Shown: positions 9,501 to 18,093 of the stretch, one piece after another
Numbering within the stretch: the stretch's first letter is position 1
Layout: the number at the start of each line of letters is the position of its first letter
From: a virus
Direction: 5' to 3' (one strand)
Length of the DNA: 64,000 nt
Virus record (IMG/VR): IMGVR_UViG_3300025769_000006
The notes under the pieces: generated by a model
Database searches by the model: none
Told to the model about the DNA's origin: nothing
The model's input: the letters and a program-made list of their open reading frames with translations, nothing else
Program-made: the position numbers and the translations under genes

Positions 9501-12500
9501 ATTTTTAAACGTCATTCTTCTTGAGAGAGTTTGAGATAATATAGCTAATTTTTCTTTAAAATTTCTAAAATCTAAAGTTTCTATGTTTGGTGCTGATAAT
9601 ATTTCTCTTCTAATTTCAGCGGCAATAATTGCAGCTGGGTTTATTTCTTGAGAATATGCTTTATATGTTTTTATAAAACCTCCAGAAGCAACACTATATG
9701 TTTTAAAAGATTTTAATTCTTTTAACTCTTTTGCTTCCTCGTCTGTTAATCTTTCTTTAGCTTCAAGCTCTAAACCTCTTTTTAAATCTCTTTTTTCTTG
9801 CTCTAATTGTTTTTTAATAGCTGGATCTGTAACTGACTTTAGCTTTTTATTTACAGCTATAGAAGGATCATCTGCATTTAAAGCAAAATCACCACCAACT
9901 GGCACGCCTTCTATTAATATAGGATCACCGTCGCTGTTAGAAAATCCAAACGTAGGATCTTTTAACAAAGTTATTAATTCATCTTGATTTTTTTCAAACT
10001 CTTCTTTTTGTTCTTGAACATTAGTTTCATTTGATGTTTCAATAGAAGTTGCTCTTTCATCTATTTCGTCTGTAAACTTTTGACTAGTAACATTACCTGT
10101 TTTAAGGGCTTGTTTCATTTTGTTTCTTAATTGACTGTTTATCCAGCCATTAAGATTGTTGTTTTCTAATATAGTTTCACCCTCAGAATTTTTATATCCT
10201 TTTTCGTCTAGCTTGTTTAAAGTGCTATTTATTTCAGAAGAAGAAAATCCTTTTTGTTTAAGTTTTTCTCTTTTCTTTTCTCTAAGCTCTAAAAATTCTT
10301 TATTAAAATTTCTAATATGTGGTATTAATGCTATAGAAGTTTCAGCAATCATATCTTCAACACTATAATCAGGTAAATTTCCATATAAAACAGATGCCTT
10401 ATCTAGTATAGGTTTTTCATACTCATTTAATATATCGTATAAAACGTTATCAACACCTGATGATTTACCCCAAATATTTTTATTATAAAAAGAATTTACT
10501 TTTAATTTAAATTCTTCTGAACTTGTTCTTTTCTTTGGTTTTAAAGAAAACTTTTCATCAAAATTAAAATTATCTTCTATGTCTTGTATTTCATCAAGAG
10601 TTGGTTCTCTATCTAAAACAGGCTCTTGTGGTGCTTCTTTTTTATTTTTATCAACAAACTCTTGAGACTCTCTTTCTAAAGCTTTTGTGTCTATTTGAGC
10701 TCCTTTTTCAGCTACTTCAATTAAAGCCTTGTTTTTATCTGCTGTAAGTATTCTTGAATTTATACTAGTATTGTAATCTTTTATAAAATTATAAACATCT
10801 CTAGCAGAATTAAATTTTATATTTTTAAAACCTAAAAACTGTAGAACCTGTCTTATTGTATCTGCTATTTTTGTAAAAGTATCTGCTTCATAAGTTACTG
10901 CACCAACTGTTATAGCGTCAGAATAAAGTGTTAAAACCTCTTCCCATTGATTTCCAACAGCTTCTGATACTTTTCTATCATACTCTTGTTTAGTTATAAC
11001 TCCAGATTTTAAATCAGCATCAAAACCTTTTATCATGTCGTTGTAAAATGCAATATAACTAGTAAAGTCTTTTAAGAACTCATCTGGTAAAGCTTTTTCA
11101 AGAGACTCATTAGAATCTAGCTTATCTTGTATTTTCATTACTTCAGCTAAAAGAGATTTACCTAATAACACTTGAGCTTCAGGGTTGTTTCTTATAGTCT
11201 CATACATTACACCATGTAAAAACTCATGCTCTTTTACAGTAACTTTACCGTCTTTAGAGGCTTTTTCGTTGTTTATAACTATATATTGCTGATCACCTCT
11301 TTGTATTGTAGTTCCATATTTTTGAGCTGTTGAAGTTGCTTTTGCTTTTGTATAGCCTAGTTCTTCAACTAAAAAGTTAACAAGATCTTCAGTTGAATCA
11401 AACTCGTTCCATGATATATTTTTAAACTTACCTTTTTTTATAGCTTTTTGTATAATTCCACTTTTTCTTTTTGTTATATCATTATAGTAAGCTGTTTTTA
11501 TTTTTTCATCTAAAGCAGCTATTCTAGCGTCTGTTTCTGAGTGAAAAGATGGATCTTCTGTTTTTCTTTGTTGTCTGAGTCTACCAACTTCATTAACGTC
11601 TCCTAGTATTTGACTAGCAGCTTCAGCTGATAAATCTTGAGGCATTCTGTTTATATTGTTATTAAAAGCATTTATTTCTTCTAATACTTGATCAGCCTCT
11701 TGTTGAGTGTATATACCTTGATTTACTTGTTTTGCTAATAAACTTTTTACATCTTCTTTTTTATAAGCTAAGTAGCTTAAGTTGTTAAATCTATCTACAG
11801 CTGACATACCTAACATCTGCCTAGCCGTTTGCTTTGCTAGATTAAGTGTTACACCAGCGCCTGGCATAATTGCGCCTGCAAAGAAAGAAAGAATCGTAGT
11901 ATCAAGAAAGTCTTGCATACTCATTGTGTCCTTAAGTATTTTCTTTCCAGCTATTTCATTTACATTTTTGTTTACAGCAAATACTTCACCTATTTGTTGT
12001 ACATTTTCTTGAAAAACTTCTTTTAAACCTTCCCCACCTAAATTAACAAGTGTTCCAAGTTTTCCACTTCTAAAATAATCTATAAAAGAGTTTTTTCCTT
12101 TTTTAGTATATTCTCTTAGCGCGTTTCCTACAAAGTTTTTTGTAGTTAATTTACCAAATATAGCGTCAGTAGCTTTTGTCTGTGGAGAAATAGGAGCTGT
12201 TAAAGCGTATAATATACCTGTTTGTATAGAAGCAATAGTAGCAAGTTCCGAGGCTTCTGCATCGTTTATTCCCATTTGTCTAGCTTGAGCTAGTGTTTGT
12301 TCATAACCTCTAGAAAATCCCATAGTGCCTTGTGCTATAATAGCATCTGCCATAGATCTTTTTATTGGAATAGATTTTAAAAAGCTTCTAGTTTTACCTA
12401 GTATTCCCATACCATTAGTAAAACCACCGACAGCTCTAATACCGTTGCCCATGCCTCTAGTCATAGCTATTTGCACAAATAAATCTCCCAACACGTTAGC

Positions 12501-13940
12501 TCCAGAATCAAAAGCACCTAAAACGCTAAATGCTCTATCTTTAGTACCTCTTTCTCTAGCCTCTTTTCTTATTTGATCTGCTTTTTCTTGTGTTAAAAAG
12601 TTTGTAGCATCTAAAGATCTTGTTTTGTCTAATATTCTACCATCTTTTGTTACTAAGTAAATAGTGTTAGTTTCTGCATCTACTATAGAATTACCTATAC
12701 CATTTACAAAACGACCAGGACCGGTATAATGTTTCCACTTACCTTCCATGCCTAATTTTTCTAAAGCAATTTCTTCTCTTATAGATTCGGAAACACCTTC
12801 AAAATAATCACCTGGTAATATACCATAAAAAGACGCACTAAGCTCTTCTATTCTATCACTAAATCCGTTCCAACCATTTCCTCCAACATTTAAAAGAAAT
12901 TGACCTGCGCTAATATTTCCATCAGATTTCAAGAGTTTTTGATACTCCATATTATCTCTTTCGTCTGCTTCTTGCATTTTAGCAGATATAATTGGAAACT
13001 CTTTTCTAACGTAAGATTCGTATTGGTTTAATTTTATATTTTCAGGAGATATTTGAAATTTTTTATTAATAGAATTTGGATCTATACCAGTTTCAGATTG
13101 AAACATTAATTTTTGTTGCTTAATGTCTCTTTGTATTTGTTCGTTTAAATATAAATTAAAATATTTTAGTTTTCTTCTTTCGTAAGCAAGTTCAGGATCA
13201 TAAGCATTTCCATAAGATTTTTTATCCATGTCAAGCTCTAAAAATCTTTTTAAATCTTCGTCATATCCTTTGTTTCTCATAAATCCAGCAAAATCAACTT
13301 GATTCATGTTGTCTAGATAAACATCTCCATATACGTCATTAACAAAGTTATCTTGAGGATCAAATTCTTCGTATATATACGGTTGATTTAATTTTTGAAT
13401 ATCTATGTAAGTTTGTATTTCATCTTTACCTTTACTTTGAAAAGTAGCAATTCTACTTTTTGCTTTATCTCTTTCATATTTAGGTATAGGATTTATAGTA
13501 GACAAACCTAGTGGATCATCTTTATAACCAGCTTTTATAAGGTCTTCTTCACTTATAAAATTATTATCTACAGCTAATTGTATGTTTTCATCTTCAAATA
13601 AACCAAATTGGTTTTGCTTGAGTAGACTTTCTTTGTCAAATCTATTAATAGATTCTCCTACTTGAGATTTTAGATTTTCATCTACGTTTGGATTAAAATA
13701 CTCAAAATTATTTATATCTAAGCTACCTGGAGATACCGATAAAGTATTTTCCGAAATTAAATCCCCATCTTGACTCGGTGCGAACATGTTGTTTGAAGGC
13801 ATCGCATTTGCACCCGCTGCAACACCCTCCACTTTTTTTAATTTTGCACCTGGGTTTTCAGACAAGAAAATTATTTTTTGTTGTTCTGGATAATTAGTCA
13901 AATCAACTTCTTCTCCATTTGGTAAAATATATATTTCCAT
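6579..13940 (-). CDS. Giant (2453 aa) virion-associated, polyvalent-type protein with an HExxH motif
   Basis: Uninterrupted 7.4-kb ORF at the distal end of the structural block. It has an internal VTVKEHEFLHGVMYE zincin-like motif, long coiled/charged linkers and a D/N-rich repetitive C-terminus (LDLDED...NIDLNLDIDINL). Confidence 0.6.
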   Translation of the reverse strand: MEIYILPNGEEVDLTNYPEQQKIIFLSENPGAKLKKVEGVAAGANAMPSNNMFAPSQDGDLISENTLSVSPGSLDINNFEYFNPNVDENLKSQVGESINRFDKESLLKQNQFGLFEDENIQLAVDNNFISEEDLIKAGYKDDPLGLSTINPIPKYERDKAKSRIATFQSKGKDEIQTYIDIQKLNQPYIYEEFDPQDNFVNDVYGDVYLDNMNQVDFAGFMRNKGYDEDLKRFLELDMDKKSYGNAYDPELAYERRKLKYFNLYLNEQIQRDIKQQKLMFQSETGIDPNSINKKFQISPENIKLNQYESYVRKEFPIISAKMQEADERDNMEYQKLLKSDGNISAGQFLLNVGGNGWNGFSDRIEELSASFYGILPGDYFEGVSESIREEIALEKLGMEGKWKHYTGPGRFVNGIGNSIVDAETNTIYLVTKDGRILDKTRSLDATNFLTQEKADQIRKEARERGTKDRAFSVLGAFDSGANVLGDLFVQIAMTRGMGNGIRAVGGFTNGMGILGKTRSFLKSIPIKRSMADAIIAQGTMGFSRGYEQTLAQARQMGINDAEASELATIASIQTGILYALTAPISPQTKATDAIFGKLTTKNFVGNALREYTKKGKNSFIDYFRSGKLGTLVNLGGEGLKEVFQENVQQIGEVFAVNKNVNEIAGKKILKDTMSMQDFLDTTILSFFAGAIMPGAGVTLNLAKQTARQMLGMSAVDRFNNLSYLAYKKEDVKSLLAKQVNQGIYTQQEADQVLEEINAFNNNINRMPQDLSAEAASQILGDVNEVGRLRQQRKTEDPSFHSETDARIAALDEKIKTAYYNDITKRKSGIIQKAIKKGKFKNISWNEFDSTEDLVNFLVEELGYTKAKATSTAQKYGTTIQRGDQQYIVINNEKASKDGKVTVKEHEFLHGVMYETIRNNPEAQVLLGKSLLAEVMKIQDKLDSNESLEKALPDEFLKDFTSYIAFYNDMIKGFDADLKSGVITKQEYDRKVSEAVGNQWEEVLTLYSDAITVGAVTYEADTFTKIADTIRQVLQFLGFKNIKFNSARDVYNFIKDYNTSINSRILTADKNKALIEVAEKGAQIDTKALERESQEFVDKNKKEAPQEPVLDREPTLDEIQDIEDNFNFDEKFSLKPKKRTSSEEFKLKVNSFYNKNIWGKSSGVDNVLYDILNEYEKPILDKASVLYGNLPDYSVEDMIAETSIALIPHIRNFNKEFLELREKKREKLKQKGFSSSEINSTLNKLDEKGYKNSEGETILENNNLNGWINSQLRNKMKQALKTGNVTSQKFTDEIDERATSIETSNETNVQEQKEEFEKNQDELITLLKDPTFGFSNSDGDPILIEGVPVGGDFALNADDPSIAVNKKLKSVTDPAIKKQLEQEKRDLKRGLELEAKERLTDEEAKELKELKSFKTYSVASGGFIKTYKAYSQEINPAAIIAAEIRREILSAPNIETLDFRNFKEKLAILSQTLSRRMTFKNSTDLDSFMFNNWKTIWEVINNPIDPVTGESTYAIKKVPPRLKTTDDQGRPQKTKDINVVTFLQSYFGVDEATRIIRTYSKNPNVLLKKLLPVELSRTGNKLWATAYFDRRTALMELFGDVLVLQEARNSLRNDAFLNEISKRNVNLYNDLQNINTRNKVINNFAKGKSDKVKFSMSNGTRNNAKLNSYLTYSNDPNQQFFTARIMDQASRQVSKFSQKRNKFKVPDLGKMNDKAVSYYLIDKISQGYNEFEFKNANNKKGKITKGVLDVTKFSLENNKNYSNNLNTAFNQIIEENTGIAVEETFSKARAEQMAKNISKKIYLPPADSDFLGLMLMVASGRGKKGEQQVDWVTENIIKPYSEGNLDLINARNSAHRDWKNLFDKQTKKLLREDSSYSGFSNDQAIRVYLWKKAGYQIPDLESKDIFNLSEVVRTNPKLRKLAQQISLLAKQPNGYIEPPQQWVDGNILSDVQSILTKLNRAKYLQRWKQNVDLIFNKETMAKLQAAYGTPYVDALTDVLGRMQTGTNKPKGLDKATRGWVDWLNGSVGVTMFFNMRSALLQTISATNFINMTFNNPLAAGKAILNVPQMVKDFKTLWNSPYLKDRRSGLLSDLQEAEFVDVLNSPNNKTWAQKTKGLIFWALKKGFIPTRAADSLAITLGGTTFYRNRINDLVKKGVDRAEAEKRAMLEFYETAEISQQSADPSKISQNQASVKGRLLLAFQNTPLQYARIIKTAALNIAKNRGSFTGNVSKIVYYAAIQNFIFNFLQNALFRMWDDDDERYVDYTQSKTRAANSMLDTLIRGAGLYGAYIAAVKNVSLKAYELSQGPRRGRGKEYQLVIEALNVSAPIGIKARKLAKAYQSYSYKSEYFDYWGWDPIKNPYALEALTTLTSATLNIPLDRLMIKAENAAAVLDSQYETWQRIAFFFGYSKWNLDLDEDQYQNNNNINNPFGLDFGGELNDLNIDLNLDIDINL

Positions 13941-13945
13941 TTATT

Positions 13946-15661
13946 TTATTTTAATGCTTTTTCCATTCTTTTAACATACTCAGTGTCTGTCTCACCTTCT
14001 TTTTTTGGATTAGAATTCATCCAATCTATTTTTCTAGCTCTAGTCATTAATATTGTTTCATTTTCTATAGCTTTTCTTTCTGACTGTGTAGTATTATCTA
14101 AAGCAAATTTTAATCTATCAACAGCTGAATCAAAATTATAATCACCAGCATAAACAGGCTTGCTATTTATTATTTTATAAAGACCATCTTTTGGAGCTAG
14201 TTTTTCAAATACTTCTCTAGGATCCATACCTTTATCTTGATAATAATCTTTATTTGATTTTGAGTTTGCAACTTTCTTATTATGCTCATTGTCTAACCAA
14301 AAATCATAAATTTCGTCTTTAGGCATATATCTACCTTTTGGTCCTTCAATTTTAAACATATTGTCTAATACAACCTTAGTTGGATTATCTCCACCAAGTA
14401 TTATATTGTTGTAATATTGAGCTCTATAACCTATATTAGGTGTTACTTGTTTTTTAGTTTCTGGTTGTATTATACTTTTGCTTCCAGATTTATACCATCT
14501 TCCTTGTTCATCTTGAACTAAACCTGTTGTTGTTGATTGTATCAACTGGTTAAACAATGCTTCTTTGTATTGTTCTTCTGTAGGTTGAACATTTTGATAA
14601 TCATTCTCAATGCCTTCATTAAGCTTTTTTAAATCTATATTCCAACCATTAGCAGCTTGTTGAACATTAGTATTAACGCCTTTTACTTTAGCTGTTAATA
14701 TAGATTCTAGATCTTGTCTTACTAAATCTAAATTTAGATATTGTCTTATTTCTTCTGTTTTTTTAGAACTTTTACTACCTTCGTAATTTATTCTATCTCT
14801 AAATATAACTTGATCACTCCAGTATTTATCTGCATACTGTCCATTTGCTAGTAAAACACCTAAACCATTACCTGCTTTCGTTCTATCAGCAGGCTTCATC
14901 ATTTCTAAAGATTCATTTACAAGTTGAGGTACAGAAGATATAAAAGAAAAATTATCACCTTCATTAACATTTGCATTCCACGCTCTAGCACTTATGTATT
15001 TTTCTCTATAATCACCTTCAACAAGTTTACCATCTTGCATTCTTCTAGGTTCATATCCAGAAACTTTTACCATTATATCATTTTTATCTTGATCATAGAC
15101 CATTTCAAAGTCAGCATTACTATATATACCACCTAAAGCATTTACTAGAAATTGATTATTTGCTATGTCTTCTGGAGTGTCTCCTAATATTGTTATTTTA
15201 CTACCTATTTTAGTCGCGTTTTCTTTCCAATACTGACCAGTTGCTACAAAACTTTTTGTTGTTTCGCTTGTTAAGTTTAATAAGTCGTAATAATCTTGTA
15301 TAGCTTTTTTTGCTGAGTTTCTTTTTTCTTGATCTCCAAATTGAGTTTTCAAATATATTTGAGCTTGAGTAGCTATATCGATTCTATCGTTTAATGTTTT
15401 CATCAACTCGTCTTGTATTGCAGATGTTTTTGGAGCTGTAGCTAATTTATTCATTTGCTCTAAATTCCACACATCAGCATCACCTTGTACGCGCTGCATT
15501 TTTTCTATTAATCTTTGCTCTTCAGCTCTTTTTCTTTCTTGTTCTGCTTCTAGTTCTTTTCTACGTTTTTCATCTATAGCGGATTGTTTTTGAAATCCTT
15601 CAAGATAAGCAGAAGCTGGATCTATACCGGTATATAATTGTCTTGGATTTTCGTAACTCAT
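13946..15661 (-). CDS. Structural/internal virion protein (hypothetical)
   Basis: 571-aa ORF in the structural block with an N-terminal coiled coil (EKRRKELEAEQERKRAEEQRLIEKMQ). Confidence 0.5.
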   Translation of the reverse strand: MSYENPRQLYTGIDPASAYLEGFQKQSAIDEKRRKELEAEQERKRAEEQRLIEKMQRVQGDADVWNLEQMNKLATAPKTSAIQDELMKTLNDRIDIATQAQIYLKTQFGDQEKRNSAKKAIQDYYDLLNLTSETTKSFVATGQYWKENATKIGSKITILGDTPEDIANNQFLVNALGGIYSNADFEMVYDQDKNDIMVKVSGYEPRRMQDGKLVEGDYREKYISARAWNANVNEGDNFSFISSVPQLVNESLEMMKPADRTKAGNGLGVLLANGQYADKYWSDQVIFRDRINYEGSKSSKKTEEIRQYLNLDLVRQDLESILTAKVKGVNTNVQQAANGWNIDLKKLNEGIENDYQNVQPTEEQYKEALFNQLIQSTTTGLVQDEQGRWYKSGSKSIIQPETKKQVTPNIGYRAQYYNNIILGGDNPTKVVLDNMFKIEGPKGRYMPKDEIYDFWLDNEHNKKVANSKSNKDYYQDKGMDPREVFEKLAPKDGLYKIINSKPVYAGDYNFDSAVDRLKFALDNTTQSERKAIENETILMTRARKIDWMNSNPKKEGETDTEYVKRMEKALK

Positions 15662-15670
15662 ATTATTTTT

Positions 15671-16363
15671 TTATTTTGACATTATACTTCCAACTCCGCC
15701 TATGACGTTCGTTATACCACCTAAAACAGCACCGTCTCTAGCACCTTGAGCTCTCGCGTAGCTAGATTGAGCTTGTTGTGCTTGTGCGTTAGCAATGTCT
15801 AATTGTCCAGCTTTTCTGTTCAACTGTTGATTTTCTCTTGTTTCTTGTGCTGAGAAGGTAAACTGTTTACCCATAACTTCGGCATTTTGAAGTCTTTGAG
15901 CTTCTTGCATTTTAAGCATTTGATACTGTTGCTCTCCTTTAGCATATAACTGTTGATTTTTAGCTTCTTGCATTTCTAAACTAGCAGAAATTTGTTTTTT
16001 ACTTTGCAAAGCGGCTTGAGCTAAAGCGGTTGCACCACCAGCAGATGCACCCGTTGCCCTTAAGGTATCTAACGTATTGGCCAGTGATATTTCCGCTTGC
16101 TCTGCCTGAAATTCAGCTGCTTGAGTAGCAACGCCCAAATTAGCATATGTATTACTAATGTTACCGCTAGTATCAGTTACATTAGCATAAGGATTTATTA
16201 TAGGTTGTCTGCTATTTTCTAAAGCCTCTAGTTCTGCCTCTAGACGTCTTTTTTCTGCCATAGCGTCATTTCTAGCACCTTGTGCTCTTTTCTTAGCCTG
16301 GTTAGCTCCTATAGCACCTCCGATGCCTTGAACTATACCGCCTATTGCTGCTGCTGCTCCCAT
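15671..16363 (-). CDS. Gly/Ala/Gln-rich internal virion protein (hypothetical)
   Basis: Gly-rich hydrophobic termini (MGAAAAIGGIVQGIGGAIG ... VLGGITNVIGGVGSIMSK) flank a Q/A-rich coiled coil. Confidence 0.5.
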   Translation of the reverse strand: MGAAAAIGGIVQGIGGAIGANQAKKRAQGARNDAMAEKRRLEAELEALENSRQPIINPYANVTDTSGNISNTYANLGVATQAAEFQAEQAEISLANTLDTLRATGASAGGATALAQAALQSKKQISASLEMQEAKNQQLYAKGEQQYQMLKMQEAQRLQNAEVMGKQFTFSAQETRENQQLNRKAGQLDIANAQAQQAQSSYARAQGARDGAVLGGITNVIGGVGSIMSK

Positions 16364-16366
16364 TTA

Positions 16367-16771
16367 TTATTTGTTTTTATATACTATATAGTGTTTTTTA
16401 TCTGCAACACTATAGTTTAATTTTTTTAATTTATTAAGAACTGAATCATAAGGCGTTGTACACCAAACAGCTTCTGCTCCATTTTTTAACGAAGACTCTA
16501 CTGCCTCGTCTATTAGTTTCATTAAAACTTCTTCTCTGTCTTTTCTCCTATAAAAAGGATCTGCTATTAAGAAGTCGCAATACCAAACAAGAGAATTTGT
16601 AGTATATATAAAAGTACATGCTACTATTTTATTGTCTACAAAAACCGCTAAACAATATTTTTTTTCTTGTGGTAATAATTTTATATTTAAATCTATTTTA
16701 TTATGGTGTTTAAACCATTTGTTTATTTTATTAAAATATAAATTTAAATCTATATTTTTTATTTCTATCAT
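16367..16771 (-). CDS. GNAT-like acetyltransferase-fold protein (tentative)
   Basis: 134 aa. The beta-strand run followed by IADPFYRRKDREEVLMKLIDEAVESSLKNGAEAVW resembles the GNAT motif A region but lacks the canonical glycines. Confidence 0.35.
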   Translation of the reverse strand: MIEIKNIDLNLYFNKINKWFKHHNKIDLNIKLLPQEKKYCLAVFVDNKIVACTFIYTTNSLVWYCDFLIADPFYRRKDREEVLMKLIDEAVESSLKNGAEAVWCTTPYDSVLNKLKKLNYSVADKKHYIVYKNK

Positions 16772-16780
16772 TAAATAATG

Positions 16781-18052
16781 TTAATATGAAGACTCTTTAT
16801 AATTTGTTGATATAGCGAACAACTCACTTTTGTCTTGTGCATTACTGCATGTAAAAGTTACTTCTGCAGTATATCCTTTTATTCCTGAAATAGAATTACC
16901 AAAAACAATTTCGCCTTGTGAAAAAGCTGTTGAGTTTACTAAATTAGCAAAATACTTATCTTCTTTTCTTTTAAATTCATTTTTAAATAACTGATCGTCT
17001 AGTTCAGTGATTGTTGTAGGCATAACATACACGGCAACAGGTAAAGCTGAATCACCAGAATTTGTTGATATACTAGTCATAGCCCAATTATTGCCACCTT
17101 CGTAATTAATAGTTTGAAAGTTTTTAATTAATGAAGGTTGAGAATTAAATATAGTTTTAACGCTAGCGTCATATTGTGTTCCGTAAAAATTAGCTCTAGG
17201 TAGATTACTTCTATAGTGTTGATATATACCTCCTTCGCTTGTTGTGTAAAAATTATTTTGCACACTAACCACATTGTTAGGGCTATAGCTATATCTACTA
17301 GTCCAACCTTGAACTTGTTCATCAAAACTAAGTGTTTGAACTGGAGTTCCTGATGCTGCAGATTGCAGCGATAATGTATAGCACTTATTATGTATATCCC
17401 AACCTCCAATAGAAAGTCCACCGCTTAAAGTTGCGAAATTATCTCTAAAATAATCATACATACCATAAGCTGATATTTCTGTTATACCGTCTTGCGATAA
17501 TCTAAGTACAGCGCCTTGATTAGAGTCTGTAAAATATTTTCTATAACCATACACCGCAAAGCTTTCAGGGTTTTTTGATATACCAAATTCACCAGCATAT
17601 GGCGTTATAGCTCCAATAACAACATTTGAAGCTGTTTGTATAGGTTGACCTTCTTGCGTATATATAGCGTCTTTATCTATAAGAGCTCTGTTAACTTTAT
17701 TTTCTTGGAATATAATTAAATTAGTATCTTCAGCGTAAAGCTTTTGTACAGTACCTTTTTGGGGGTCAACAGTTCTAGTTATTTCTTCACCAGATGGAAA
17801 TTGATTGGTTTGATTCACACCTGTTCTAGAGTTTAATATACCTGAATATATTAAAGAATTACCAAGTTCTTCTTGTAAATTATCTTCAGCTCTTAAATAA
17901 GCTCTAGGTGATAAACCCGTTTGAACGTTATTATAACCACCTCTAATTCTAGCTTCTTCTATGTACCAGTTGTAAATAGGTGAAACATCTCCTTGTATTA
18001 TTTTTTTCAAAACAAAGGTATTGTAGTATTTTACTGGTGTTTTTACTGCCAT
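16781..18052 (-). CDS. Tail/structural protein (hypothetical)
   Basis: 423-aa ORF immediately downstream of the 1681-aa tail protein. Confidence 0.5.
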   Translation of the reverse strand: MAVKTPVKYYNTFVLKKIIQGDVSPIYNWYIEEARIRGGYNNVQTGLSPRAYLRAEDNLQEELGNSLIYSGILNSRTGVNQTNQFPSGEEITRTVDPQKGTVQKLYAEDTNLIIFQENKVNRALIDKDAIYTQEGQPIQTASNVVIGAITPYAGEFGISKNPESFAVYGYRKYFTDSNQGAVLRLSQDGITEISAYGMYDYFRDNFATLSGGLSIGGWDIHNKCYTLSLQSAASGTPVQTLSFDEQVQGWTSRYSYSPNNVVSVQNNFYTTSEGGIYQHYRSNLPRANFYGTQYDASVKTIFNSQPSLIKNFQTINYEGGNNWAMTSISTNSGDSALPVAVYVMPTTITELDDQLFKNEFKRKEDKYFANLVNSTAFSQGEIVFGNSISGIKGYTAEVTFTCSNAQDKSELFAISTNYKESSY

Positions 18053-18093
18053 ACTATAGTATAATTACTTGTTTATTTTATTAATTACTTAAA

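Noticed and set aside
6579-13940. The giant ORF as a virion-packaged RNA polymerase (N4 or crAss-like type) that could read the CACGGA promoters.
   Set aside because: Scanning the translation by eye found no DxDxD/DFDGD-type metal-binding motif and no T7-like polymerase motifs. The idea remains possible but the sequence I can read does not support it.
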